From: Salegentibacter sp.
GTDB taxonomy: Bacteria; Bacteroidota; Bacteroidia; Flavobacteriales; Flavobacteriaceae
NCBI RefSeq assembly: GCF_036568425.1
Contig: NZ_DATCSO010000101.1
Coordinates: 29,624-93,623 of the forward strand
Length of the DNA stretch: 64,000 bases
Direction of reading: 5' to 3'
Position 1 is the first letter of the stretch; each line of letters opens with the position of its first letter. Both the position numbers and the translations under genes were made by a program. Below, piece after piece: positions 8,604 through 17,473 of this stretch. The notes beneath the pieces were generated by a model. The model was given only the letters and a program-made list of their open reading frames with translations. It searched no databases and was not told where the DNA came from.

Positions 8604-9697
8604 TTTTCTTCTTTAGCTTCTTTGGCTTTTTCAACATTTTCTTCTTCCTCTTCCTTTATTTGCTCTTTCGCCCTTTTTAATTGATTTTCATTAGGGGCCT
8701 CAGCTTCTTGTTCTTTAGCCCTGTCCGGTTCAAGACTTAGGCTCACATAAAAAGGAAAATGATCAGAGCCGGTGTTTTCCCCGGTATTAATATCTTTTAA
8801 TCTAAATTCTTCCGAAGTTAAAATATGGTCTAGTGGCCACCTAAGAAGAAGGTTGTTAGCATTAAAAGTGTTGTAAAATCCGCGGCCAACCCTAACATCC
8901 AGAAGTCTTCCTACACTCTGGAAAAGGGAGGTGGTTTCAGACCAGGCGACATCGTTAAAATCTCCAATTACAATTACCGGAAGTTCTCGTTCCAGGCTCA
9001 TTTTTGCGATTTTCATCATTTCAGCATCGCGATCGGAGGAACTTGGATTATGTTGTGGCATTGGTGGAGTAGGATGAATGGCATAGAGTTGTACCAAATT
9101 CCCTTCGGGCAATTTTATTCGGGTGTGGATTGAAGGAATACTATCGTGTACAAGATATCGTACCTGTGGGTCGATCAGTTCAAACTTTGAATACAACAGC
9201 ATCCCGTAGGTGTTTTGTAAAGGAACTTCTACATTATAACGATAAGACTCCTCCAGATTTTCAGAAATTTCATTTTTCCATTTTGTATTGGTTTCAGTAA
9301 AAACCATAACGTCAGGATTTATTCGATCTATTTCGCTTATTAATTTTTCGTATTTTTTATTCTCTTGAAGAACATTAGCAGTTAAGATTTTTAATTGAGG
9401 AGCCTCAGCCTTTGTGCTTTCTCCAATTTCATAAGCTGAAAAAGGGGTGTATGGATAAATTTTTCCAAACTGAAAGATAAAACACGCCAGAAGTATTATC
9501 ATAAAAATATAATCCTGTCGCAATTTTATATCGAAGCGAATGAAATAGGCGGCAATGGCTGTTAAGGTTAAAAGGCTTAATTGTATATGCGGAAAGTCGA
9601 ATACCCGAATCCACCAGAAATCGGCTGCGATTAAAGGAATTAAGGTTAGGAGCACGGCGATGGCCCCAAATATCTGAAGAAAAGTTTTTAATTTCAT
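8600..9697 (-). CDS. Endonuclease/exonuclease/phosphatase (EEP) family membrane protein
   Basis: N-terminal TM helices followed by an EEP domain ending in GSDHFPF. The C-terminal tail is K/E-rich. Confidence 0.7.
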   Translation of the reverse strand: MKLKTFLQIFGAIAVLLTLIPLIAADFWWIRVFDFPHIQLSLLTLTAIAAYFIRFDIKLRQDYIFMIILLACFIFQFGKIYPYTPFSAYEIGESTKAEAPQLKILTANVLQENKKYEKLISEIDRINPDVMVFTETNTKWKNEISENLEESYRYNVEVPLQNTYGMLLYSKFELIDPQVRYLVHDSIPSIHTRIKLPEGNLVQLYAIHPTPPMPQHNPSSSDRDAEMMKIAKMSLERELPVIVIGDFNDVAWSETTSLFQSVGRLLDVRVGRGFYNTFNANNLLLRWPLDHILTSEEFRLKDINTGENTGSDHFPFYVSLSLEPDRAKEQEAEAPNENQLKRAKEQIKEEEEENVEKAKEAKEEN

Positions 9698-9730
9698 TGG
9701 TTAGGTTTATACGGACTAAATATAGCAGAT

Positions 9731-11026
9731 TTAGTCTTTCGCAGGTTCAGAAAGATGCTGAAAATATTTTGTGATATCGTCTCCAGATGGGGATTCGAAA
9801 AGCTGGAGCCCAAAATAGGGGATTGCAGCAATGATGTGATCGAAGATATCGGCGGAGATATATTCAAAGTTTTCCCAGCGTTTATCACGACTAAAACAAA
9901 GTATTTCCACCGGAATTCCTTGTGGAGTAGGTGCAAGATGTCTCACAATAATATAGAGCTCTTTATGTACTGCCGAATGGTTTTGGAGATAGGTGTCCAC
10001 ATATTTCCTAAAGATTCCCAGGTTGGTTTGGTTCCGTCCATTGATAGGTAAGGAGCGATCAATTTTTTGAGATTCGTTATAGGAATTGATTTCATTTTGG
10101 CGGGTCTCCAGATATGACTCTATGAGCTGGATTTTTTTGAGTTTTTCCAGATCAGCATTGGTCATGAATTTTACTGAATTCTGCTTAATAAATACGGCTC
10201 TCTTAATTCTTCTTCCTGGAGATTCCTGCATTCCCCGCCAGTTCTGAAAGGAATCCGAGATCAGGCTATAAGTTGGAATTGTTGTGAAAGTATTGTCAAA
10301 GTTCTGCACCCTCACAGTTGAAAGGTTGATTTCGGTAACAGTTCCATCAGCACCATATTTGCTGAATGTGATCCAGTCGCCAATTCTAACAATATCATTT
10401 ACAGTTACCTGAATAGAAGCTACAAATCCTAAAATAGTGTCTTTAAATACCAGTAGTAAAATAGCTGAAGCTGCACCAAGAGAAATTATAAATTTCACTA
10501 CTGATTCCCCGGTGATTTCAGCAAAAATAAAGAGCAGGGCGATGGTCCAAATTACGATCATCACCACCTGAATATAGCTTTCTACAGGTTTATCCCTAAA
10601 TGACTCCTGGGTTTTCAAATAAGCCTTCAGAGTTCGCATGAAGCTTCGGAAGATCCAAACTACCAGGATAATGACATAAATATTGAAAACGAAATCAAAT
10701 ACTTTAATTACCAGAGGAAAGTCAATAAATATAAATGGTACAAGATAATAAAGGATAAATAACGGAACTATCCGCCCAATATATTTTGGGAATTTGGTTT
10801 TGATTAGAAAATCATCAAAGGTAGTCTTGGTTTTATTAGTAAAGGTCTTAAAAGCCTCTATTACAAAGGTCTTAATGAGATGATTTACCCCTATAATAAG
10901 GAGGATCAGGACAAGGATATTAATCGTTAAATTGATGTACTGGGCTGCTGTGGGATCTAAACCATATTCTATTAGTAAATCTTCAACAAGACAAACCAGG
11001 TTTTTTAACCAGCCATCAAATTCCAT
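9731..11026 (-). CDS. Mechanosensitive ion channel (MscS family)
   Basis: 431 aa with multiple TM helices, then the MscS beta domain IGDWITFSKYGADGTVTEINLSTVRVQNFDNTFTTIP. Confidence 0.82.
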   Translation of the reverse strand: MEFDGWLKNLVCLVEDLLIEYGLDPTAAQYINLTINILVLILLIIGVNHLIKTFVIEAFKTFTNKTKTTFDDFLIKTKFPKYIGRIVPLFILYYLVPFIFIDFPLVIKVFDFVFNIYVIILVVWIFRSFMRTLKAYLKTQESFRDKPVESYIQVVMIVIWTIALLFIFAEITGESVVKFIISLGAASAILLLVFKDTILGFVASIQVTVNDIVRIGDWITFSKYGADGTVTEINLSTVRVQNFDNTFTTIPTYSLISDSFQNWRGMQESPGRRIKRAVFIKQNSVKFMTNADLEKLKKIQLIESYLETRQNEINSYNESQKIDRSLPINGRNQTNLGIFRKYVDTYLQNHSAVHKELYIIVRHLAPTPQGIPVEILCFSRDKRWENFEYISADIFDHIIAAIPYFGLQLFESPSGDDITKYFQHLSEPAKD

Positions 11027-11028
11027 AA

Positions 11029-11307
11029 TTATAAATATTTTCTTTCAACATAAAAGGGTCCAAAAGGAACCAGTGAGCATACCAGAATAACAGAAAGTTC
11101 CTTGAAGTTCCAATTCATTGGTTTAAAAAGATAAATAGCCCCTAAAACATAGGCAATAAATAGCAGTCCGTGCGCCATCCCAATATTTTCAACCATTGCA
11201 GGTTTATCCAACATATATTTTAAAGGCATGGCGATAAATAACAATAATAGAAAGGAAAGTCCTTCTAAAAAACTCACCCATTTAAAAATTTTCTTTTTCT
11301 TTTCCAC
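11029..11307 (-). CDS. DUF3817 family membrane protein
   Basis: 92 aa, FLEGLSFLLLLFIAMPLKY...GMAHGLLFIAY. GTG start. Ends 2 nt upstream of the MscS gene start, so probably co-transcribed. Confidence 0.65.
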   Translation of the reverse strand: MEKKKKIFKWVSFLEGLSFLLLLFIAMPLKYMLDKPAMVENIGMAHGLLFIAYVLGAIYLFKPMNWNFKELSVILVCSLVPFGPFYVERKYL

Positions 11308-11327
11308 AGTAAATAATTTAAACAGCG

Positions 11328-11335
11328 CAAAGATA
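11328..11335 (-). promoter_or_regulatory. Candidate -7 element TAnnTTTG (TATCTTTG on minus strand)
   Basis: CAAAGATA on the plus strand, 20 nt upstream of the DUF3817 start. Confidence 0.4.
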
Positions 11336-11473
11336 GTTTTTATGCGAGATTTATACAGAGAGTAGCCCTCTATTTTTGAAAATTAGAGGTATAACCAAAA
11401 TCAAATTAGCGTTTCGTTAACGGCTGCTTGTTTAACATTTTTCTTAATTTGCATCACTAACAAAAAATATTAA

Positions 11474-12514
11474 ATGAACTCTAAAATATTGGTCACCGGG
11501 GGTCTCGGGTTTATAGGATCGCATACAGTGGTGGCCCTGCAGGAAAAAGGTTTTGATGTAGTAATTATAGATAATCTTTCTAATACGAGCATTGACGTAT
11601 TGGGAGGGATTACAAAAATCAGTCAGAAGACTCCGGTTTTTGAAAATTTTGATCTCAGGGATAAGGGGAAAGTGATGGAATTTTTTGAGAAATATCCCGA
11701 CATAGATGGAGTGATACATTTTGCTGCATCAAAAGCAGTAGGCGAGAGTGTTATAAACCCTTTACTATATTATGAAAATAACCTGGCCAGCCTGATCTAT
11801 TTGATGAAAGAACTCAATAAGAAAGAAAACCCCGGATTTATTTTTAGTTCCTCCTGTACCGTTTACGGGCAGGCCGATGAACTGCCAATTACCGAGGATG
11901 CTCCGGTTAAGAAAGCTGAATCCCCATACGGAAATACCAAACAAATAGGAGAGGAGATTATTGCAGATACTTGTAAAGCAAACCCTGGATTCAGGGCAAT
12001 TTCCCTACGTTATTTTAATCCAATTGGAGCGCATCCCAGTGCAGAGATTGGAGAACTGCCAATAGGTACTCCCCAGAATCTTATTCCGTATATCACACAA
12101 ACCGCTATTGGCGAAAGAGAGGAATTATCGGTTTTTGGAGATGATTATCCAACACCAGATGGAACCTGCATTAGGGATTATATTCACGTAATGGATCTCG
12201 CCCGGGCACATGTTGTGGCATTAGAGCGCCTTATAGAAAATAAGGAAGAAGCTAACTACGAAGTTTTCAATCTAGGAACCGGACAAGGAAATTCTGTTCT
12301 GGAGGTGATTGAAAGTTTCGAGAAAGTTAGTGGCGAGAAGCTACCATATACAATTACCAATAGGCGGGAAGGTGATATAACCGCTGCCTATGCCAATACC
12401 ACCAAAGCAAATAATGTACTTAACTGGAAAGCGAAGCTTAGCCTTGACGAAGCTTTAAAAAGTGCCTGGGATTGGCAAAATGAGGTGAAAAGAAGAGCCG
12501 AGAGCGAAAATTAA
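11474..12514 (+). CDS. galE: UDP-glucose 4-epimerase
   Basis: VTGGLGFIGSH Rossmann motif, the SPYGNTK YxxxK motif, and typical length of 346 aa. Confidence 0.9.
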   Translation: MNSKILVTGGLGFIGSHTVVALQEKGFDVVIIDNLSNTSIDVLGGITKISQKTPVFENFDLRDKGKVMEFFEKYPDIDGVIHFAASKAVGESVINPLLYYENNLASLIYLMKELNKKENPGFIFSSSCTVYGQADELPITEDAPVKKAESPYGNTKQIGEEIIADTCKANPGFRAISLRYFNPIGAHPSAEIGELPIGTPQNLIPYITQTAIGEREELSVFGDDYPTPDGTCIRDYIHVMDLARAHVVALERLIENKEEANYEVFNLGTGQGNSVLEVIESFEKVSGEKLPYTITNRREGDITAAYANTTKANNVLNWKAKLSLDEALKSAWDWQNEVKRRAESEN

Positions 12515-12537
12515 GTGTTGTTATAATAGTATAAAAA

Positions 12538-12574
12538 AAGCGCCTCGGTCTTTTGTACCGGGACGCTTTGTTTT
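12538..12574 (+). terminator. Rho-independent terminator after galE
   Basis: AAGCGCCTCGGT / ACCGGGACGCTT forms a 12-bp stem with one mismatch and one G-U pair. The loop is 7 nt and is followed by TTTGTTTT. Confidence 0.55.
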
Positions 12575-12589
12575 CTGATGGTTTTACCT

Positions 12590-12748
12590 TTATCTAGTTC
12601 CATTCACAAGAAAAGCATGAATTACACCTGGAATCCATCCCAGGGCAGTAAGTATCAAACTTATAACAAATGTTCCACTTAAACCGTGTTTTAAGAAAAC
12701 CGCCAGAGGAGGTAAAAGAATATTCAGAATTATAGTTAATAAGGACAT
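12590..12748 (-). CDS. Pmp3/YqaE (UPF0057) family small membrane proteolipid
   Basis: 52-aa ORF below the track cut-off: MSLLTIILNILLPPLAVFLKHGLSGTFVISLILTALGWIPGVIHAFLVNGTR. LPPLAV...LGWIPGxIHA is the family hallmark. Confidence 0.8.
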   Translation of the reverse strand: MSLLTIILNILLPPLAVFLKHGLSGTFVISLILTALGWIPGVIHAFLVNGTR

Positions 12749-12844
12749 AATAGAAGTTTTAATTGATTAGTAAACCTGAAGATATATAATCTCAAAGAAT
12801 TAAATTTCTCCTTTAAGATGGATTTGAGATAGTTTAACAGCGAC

Positions 12845-13639
12845 TTAAGTTCTGAACTTCCTGTATTTAACCATCATAAAGATATAGATGGAATAGCAAA
12901 TCATTCCTGCGGCTACAATTCCCATCAACCAGGAACCCATGGGCGATTCATGTAAAAATGCAAACGCATCTGTAGTACTCTTTATATCGGAGGTGTTATG
13001 GGCTATTGCTGCCCGAATAAAGAAATAAGCAAGAATAGCGAAGATAATTCCACGAGCAATTAAGCCAAGATACCCCGTATTTTTTATTGTCCTTCTGCGT
13101 TTTTCTTCTGAAATAGATTTGTAATCAAATTTCTCCAGAAAATCTTTATTAACAGCCTTTTTAAACTGAAAAAAACTAGTGGCTACTAGACCTATTCCTA
13201 TCGCAGCGAAAACATAAACCCCGGCATCACCGGTTAAAAACGAAGACAACATTCCCTTTTGTCCAGAACCTGATTGGGATGAAGTTCCTGTATTTAAAAG
13301 TTTCATAACCGCATAACCTGCGATGCTTAAGTAAATTAAGGCACTAATAAAAAAACCAAATCTCTTAGCTTTACCTTTCTTATCCTGTCCTATATTCTCT
13401 GGATCTTTTATCGCTTGATAGAATCTCCAGCCTGAATAGCAAAGTAAGCCAAGAGCGATTAAAACCAGTAGAACATTACCAAAAGCCTGTTTTTCCAAAA
13501 AATCGATTACCTGCATTTGGCCCGCAGTTTGACCACCCATATTAAAAGCAGCCATCAAAGTAAGGATTCCAATTAATCCATATACAACTGCCTTAGCGGC
13601 ATAACCAGTACGCGCCACCTTCTTTAATTTAGAATTCAT
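12845..13639 (-). CDS. DUF1206 domain membrane protein
   Basis: 264 aa with repeated TM-pair modules beginning GYAAKAVVYGLIG. Confidence 0.65.
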   Translation of the reverse strand: MNSKLKKVARTGYAAKAVVYGLIGILTLMAAFNMGGQTAGQMQVIDFLEKQAFGNVLLVLIALGLLCYSGWRFYQAIKDPENIGQDKKGKAKRFGFFISALIYLSIAGYAVMKLLNTGTSSQSGSGQKGMLSSFLTGDAGVYVFAAIGIGLVATSFFQFKKAVNKDFLEKFDYKSISEEKRRRTIKNTGYLGLIARGIIFAILAYFFIRAAIAHNTSDIKSTTDAFAFLHESPMGSWLMGIVAAGMICYSIYIFMMVKYRKFRT

Positions 13640-13743
13640 AAAATTGAGTTTTTGATTGGTTTTTATTAAAACTAACTCAATTATAGCGAAAAGAAAGGGC
13701 TGTTGGGAAAATTTTAGAATTTTAGAAATAGAGAAAAGCAGAT

Positions 13744-14364
13744 TTATACCATTTCAAAAATGACCAGGGCATAAAGGTAAAAGCGCACAAAACGCAGCAA
13801 GCCAAACATCAAAAAGCTAGGGAAAGGAAATTTAATTATTCCTGCAGCAATACTGGTCATTGCAAAGGGAATAGGTAATAAGGCACCTACAATAATTAAG
13901 AATCCACCCCATTTACGGGTGTTTTTAATATGATCAGCCATTTTTATCTCAATGTCTTCATGGACTGCTGGAATTTTGGTAATAGCCCTTCCTATGTAGT
14001 AGGAGATAATTCCTCCTAAATAAGAGGCGAGGGCAAGCAGTGAAAGGTAAAGAATAGGGCTGGAGGATTTTCCAGACCAGGCTATAAAGAGTTCCGGTGG
14101 TATTAGGCCCAATAAAGATTCAGAGAGAAAAAATACTCCCAGGATTCCAGGTGGGGAATAAGTTTCAGTAACCGTGATTAACATCTGGTCGATATCCAGA
14201 AAGTATCTGTCTAATGCAAATATGGCAGCGAGGAATAGCACAATGGGTATTATCGCCTTTTTTACGCTTCGCCATACAAATTTGTAGAAACCTGTATAAC
14301 TATAATACTGGTGCAATAAACGTATGCGCGACTTCTTTCTTTTAGATTTCGCTTCTTTTTTCAT
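13744..14364 (-). CDS. VTT-domain (DedA/YqaA-like) membrane protein
   Basis: 206 aa, polytopic, with FFLSESLLGLIPPELF and a C-terminal re-entrant-like segment. Family call is tentative. Confidence 0.5.
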   Translation of the reverse strand: MKKEAKSKRKKSRIRLLHQYYSYTGFYKFVWRSVKKAIIPIVLFLAAIFALDRYFLDIDQMLITVTETYSPPGILGVFFLSESLLGLIPPELFIAWSGKSSSPILYLSLLALASYLGGIISYYIGRAITKIPAVHEDIEIKMADHIKNTRKWGGFLIIVGALLPIPFAMTSIAAGIIKFPFPSFLMFGLLRFVRFYLYALVIFEMV

Positions 14365-14453
14365 TTAAAAAAAGTGTTTTAGTGTTTTGGTGGTAGGGCA
14401 CCAAAAAAAGCGCAGCTATTTCAAATTCCGGACCTAAAGAGAATTTTACAGAA

Positions 14454-14831
14454 TTAATTTTCTTCTGCATAAGTATTCAGAGCATTTACATACTCTCTTA
14501 ATTCTATTTTATTGACCTTGTTCTCAGGGTCTGCCATTAAAGACAAAAGATAATCAAGACTTTCTTGCCCGGTTTCAGCGGTGTTTTCAGGTATTTCTTC
14601 CCCTTCTTCCATCGGTTCATCATCGGGAACAGCAATTTCAAAGCCTTCAAAATTCTCAATATGTTCATAGGTTAACCTTAAAGCTTTTGCAAGCAAAGGG
14701 TTGCCCTCTTCGTCAACAATAATAGTTCTTAGCTCTTTCAGATCCTTAACCAAAGTATTAATGATAATACCATTGCGCATAAGATCACGTTGGATTTTAT
14801 TGAGTAACTGCTGTGCCTTTATATTTTTCAA
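14454..14831 (-). CDS. Hypothetical acidic protein
   Basis: 125-aa ORF with an acidic central stretch (PDDEPMEEGEEIPEN). No recognised motif. Confidence 0.5.
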   Translation of the reverse strand: MKNIKAQQLLNKIQRDLMRNGIIINTLVKDLKELRTIIVDEEGNPLLAKALRLTYEHIENFEGFEIAVPDDEPMEEGEEIPENTAETGQESLDYLLSLMADPENKVNKIELREYVNALNTYAEEN

Positions 14832-15037
14832 AAGAAAGATTTTATTCTGATTAAACTTTTCTAATACCCTTCTGCGGCTATTAATTTTTGCAAAGTTACT
14901 TCTTTCAGTCTTTTCTGAAACATTTTAACACAGAATTATTGTCGCTTTTCAGGCTTAAAATTAACAATATCTTAGTCTCCTAAATTTTAATGAAGCTTCA
15001 ATCTTTAGTAGTTTTAGATTGAAAAATTAATAAAAAT

Positions 15038-15757
15038 TTGAAAATGAAATCATTAGAAAACAAAGTAGCATTTATTACCGGTGGGAGCAAAGGAATAGGT
15101 TTTGGTGTGGCAAAATCCCTTTTGGATTTGGGAATGAGAGTAGCTATAACAAGCCGCTCTTTAGAAAATGCTAAAAATGCTGCTTCCAAATTAGGCAGCA
15201 AGGATAAAGTTATGGGCCTTGAAGCCGATGTACGTGATTACGAAAGTCAACAAAAGGCGGTAGATTCGTTAGTCCGGGAATGGGGGCAGTTGGATGTACT
15301 AATCGCTAACGCAGGAATTGGCCACTTTGGAAATATCGATGAGCTTTCCGTCAAACAATGGCAGGAAACTTTAGATACTAATTTAAGTGGGGTATTTTAC
15401 AGTATTAAATCTTCCCTGGAAGCTTTAAAAAAGTCTAAAGGTTATGTAATCACCATATCCAGTCTTGCAGGAACAAATTTCTTCTCTGGAGGGGCAGCTT
15501 ATAATGCGAGTAAATTTGGGGTAACAGGGTTTACTCAAGCGGTTATGCTGGATCTTAGAGATAAAGGAATAAAAGTAAGTACAATTATGCCCGGTTCGGT
15601 AGCAACTTATTTTAATGATCATACCCCAACTGAAGAAGATGCCTGGAAAATCCAACCCCAGGATATTGGAGAATTAGTGGTAGATCTTTTAAAAATTAAC
15701 CCCCGGACGTTGCCAAGTAAAATTGAAGTGCGACCTTCGCAACCACCCAAAAAATAA
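15038..15757 (+). CDS. SDR family oxidoreductase
   Basis: TGGSKGIG cofactor motif, NAG motif and YNASK catalytic motif. Confidence 0.88.
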   Translation: MKMKSLENKVAFITGGSKGIGFGVAKSLLDLGMRVAITSRSLENAKNAASKLGSKDKVMGLEADVRDYESQQKAVDSLVREWGQLDVLIANAGIGHFGNIDELSVKQWQETLDTNLSGVFYSIKSSLEALKKSKGYVITISSLAGTNFFSGGAAYNASKFGVTGFTQAVMLDLRDKGIKVSTIMPGSVATYFNDHTPTEEDAWKIQPQDIGELVVDLLKINPRTLPSKIEVRPSQPPKK

Positions 15758-15783
15758 GGAATACCCTAAAAAAATTATCTAAA

Positions 15784-15811
15784 GCAGTTCGTGATTCGAA
15801 CTGCTTTTTTT
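15784..15811 (+). terminator. Rho-independent terminator
   Basis: GCAGTTCG-TGATT-CGAACTGC followed by T7. Confidence 0.8.
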
Positions 15812-15906
15812 ATGGATATAGAAAAAAATTTTACATTAAATTATAATTAGAAAATAATATATCTCCTTCAAATTCATTAACTTATACATCTAATGTCAGT
15901 GGGCTT

Positions 15907-16314
15907 ATGAAGGAGAAAATTATTTATATCGTATTAATAATATTGTTATCACTTACTGCCTGTAATAAACTTTCGGGTCCGGGACAAGAGAAGCAATTTG
16001 AGGGCAAATCCTATGTTAGGTTATTTTTTAATTCTGAAGAAGAATGTTTGGATGCCCAACCCCCGGACTTTTTCATCAATTGCCATCAACAGGTCGATTT
16101 CCTAAAAAATAATGATGCAGAAATTATGGTTTCTGATATTATTTGGAGGGGAACCTATGAAGTGATAAATAAAAAGATCATTCTTTCAATGGAACCCAAT
16201 TTTGAAATCCCTTCGGGGGAGGTGATTTTTGAGGTGAAAAATAACACTCTTCTTATTAAAACCGATGATAAGACAGAATGGAGGAAAATGAAGGGGAATT
16301 CTATCTGGAATTAA
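15907..16314 (+). CDS. Hypothetical lipoprotein
   Basis: Signal peptide with lipobox LSLTAC. 135 aa. Confidence 0.5.
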   Translation: MKEKIIYIVLIILLSLTACNKLSGPGQEKQFEGKSYVRLFFNSEEECLDAQPPDFFINCHQQVDFLKNNDAEIMVSDIIWRGTYEVINKKIILSMEPNFEIPSGEVIFEVKNNTLLIKTDDKTEWRKMKGNSIWN

Positions 16315-17306
16315 ACCTCTACGATCATTTTACCCTTGTTCTTTCCTTCAAAAAGATCCAGGAAGGCCTGGGGTGTATTTTCAAATCCTTTTTTTATTGT
16401 TTCCTCATATTCTAATTTTCCTTCTCCCAACCAGGTTGCAAGTTGATTAATAGCCGGACCAAAATCTTTGACGTGATTCCTCACCAGAAATCCCTGCATT
16501 AAGGCACTTTTCTTTATTAAAATACCTTCTACACGAGGGCCGGTGGGCATTTCTTCTTTATTGTAAAGTGAGATCGCCCCACAATTGATTATACGTGCAA
16601 AGTCATTTATATTCTGCATTACCGCATCCAGGATTTCCCCACCTACATTATCGTAATAAACATCAATACCGTTAGGGCATTTTTCGGCGAGTGCCTTCTT
16701 CATATTTGATGTTGTTTTATAATTTATCCCTGAATCAAAACCAAACTTGTCTGTAATTTCCTCGATTTTTTCATCGCTGCCAGCTATCCCTATCACTTTA
16801 CAGCCTTTTATTTTTCCGATCTGTCCTGCCACGCTCCCAACGGCTCCCGCAGCCCCGGAAACTACCATGGTCTCTCCTTCCTTAAGATCGGCAATTTTAT
16901 CCAGGGCTATATAGGCCGTTAGACCAGTAAGACCGAGAATGCCTAAATATGCAGAAAGCGGTGCCTTGTCCTTATTTATTTTATTAAGTCCTTTTCCCTG
17001 GGAAATTTGAAATTCTTTCCATTGAAGCATTCCGCTTACAAAATCACCTTTCTTGAAATTGGAATTATTGGATTTTATTACTTCAGCAATTATCATTGAT
17101 TCCAATGGCATTCCTACCTCAAAAGGTGGAATATATGATTCCTCATCTCGCATTCTTCCACGCAAATAAGGGTCTACGGAGATATACTTTGATTCAAGTA
17201 ATAATTCCCCTTCTCCCGGTTCGGGCTTCTGCTCTTCAGTAATTTTAAAATTTTTAAGACTGGGGGTCCCTTTTGGTCTGGAATTAAGAAGTATAATTTT
17301 ATTCAT
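16311..17306 (-). CDS. NADP-dependent oxidoreductase (MDR superfamily, YncB/CurA / alkenal reductase-like)
   Basis: 331 aa with the GAAGAVGSVAGQIGK nucleotide-binding motif and the characteristic N-terminus LxxRPxGxPxxxxF. Confidence 0.85.
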   Translation of the reverse strand: MNKIILLNSRPKGTPSLKNFKITEEQKPEPGEGELLLESKYISVDPYLRGRMRDEESYIPPFEVGMPLESMIIAEVIKSNNSNFKKGDFVSGMLQWKEFQISQGKGLNKINKDKAPLSAYLGILGLTGLTAYIALDKIADLKEGETMVVSGAAGAVGSVAGQIGKIKGCKVIGIAGSDEKIEEITDKFGFDSGINYKTTSNMKKALAEKCPNGIDVYYDNVGGEILDAVMQNINDFARIINCGAISLYNKEEMPTGPRVEGILIKKSALMQGFLVRNHVKDFGPAINQLATWLGEGKLEYEETIKKGFENTPQAFLDLFEGKNKGKMIVEV

Positions 17307-17445
17307 AGGTTTATTTCATTAAGCGGTGAAGCTTTAATTTACTACCTATAACAAATGTGAACAAGCTTTTACTGCTAATTTATCCTTAAAAAAATCCTTT
17401 GGTTAAAACCTGTAGAATCATACCTTCTAAGATTTAAATTGCTTG

Positions 17446-17453
17446 TACTTTTG
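17446..17453 (+). promoter_or_regulatory. Candidate -7 element TAnnTTTG (TACTTTTG)
   Basis: Exact match, 20 nt upstream of the TTG start at 17474. Confidence 0.4.
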
Positions 17454-17473
17454 TACTGTTAATCAACACCAGT

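Noticed and set aside
14383-14410. Hairpin TTTTGGTG-GTAGGG-CACCAAAA as terminator of gene 14454-14831
   Set aside because: On the relevant minus strand the T-run precedes rather than follows the stem, and the stem is A/T-rich. It is not a convincing intrinsic terminator.
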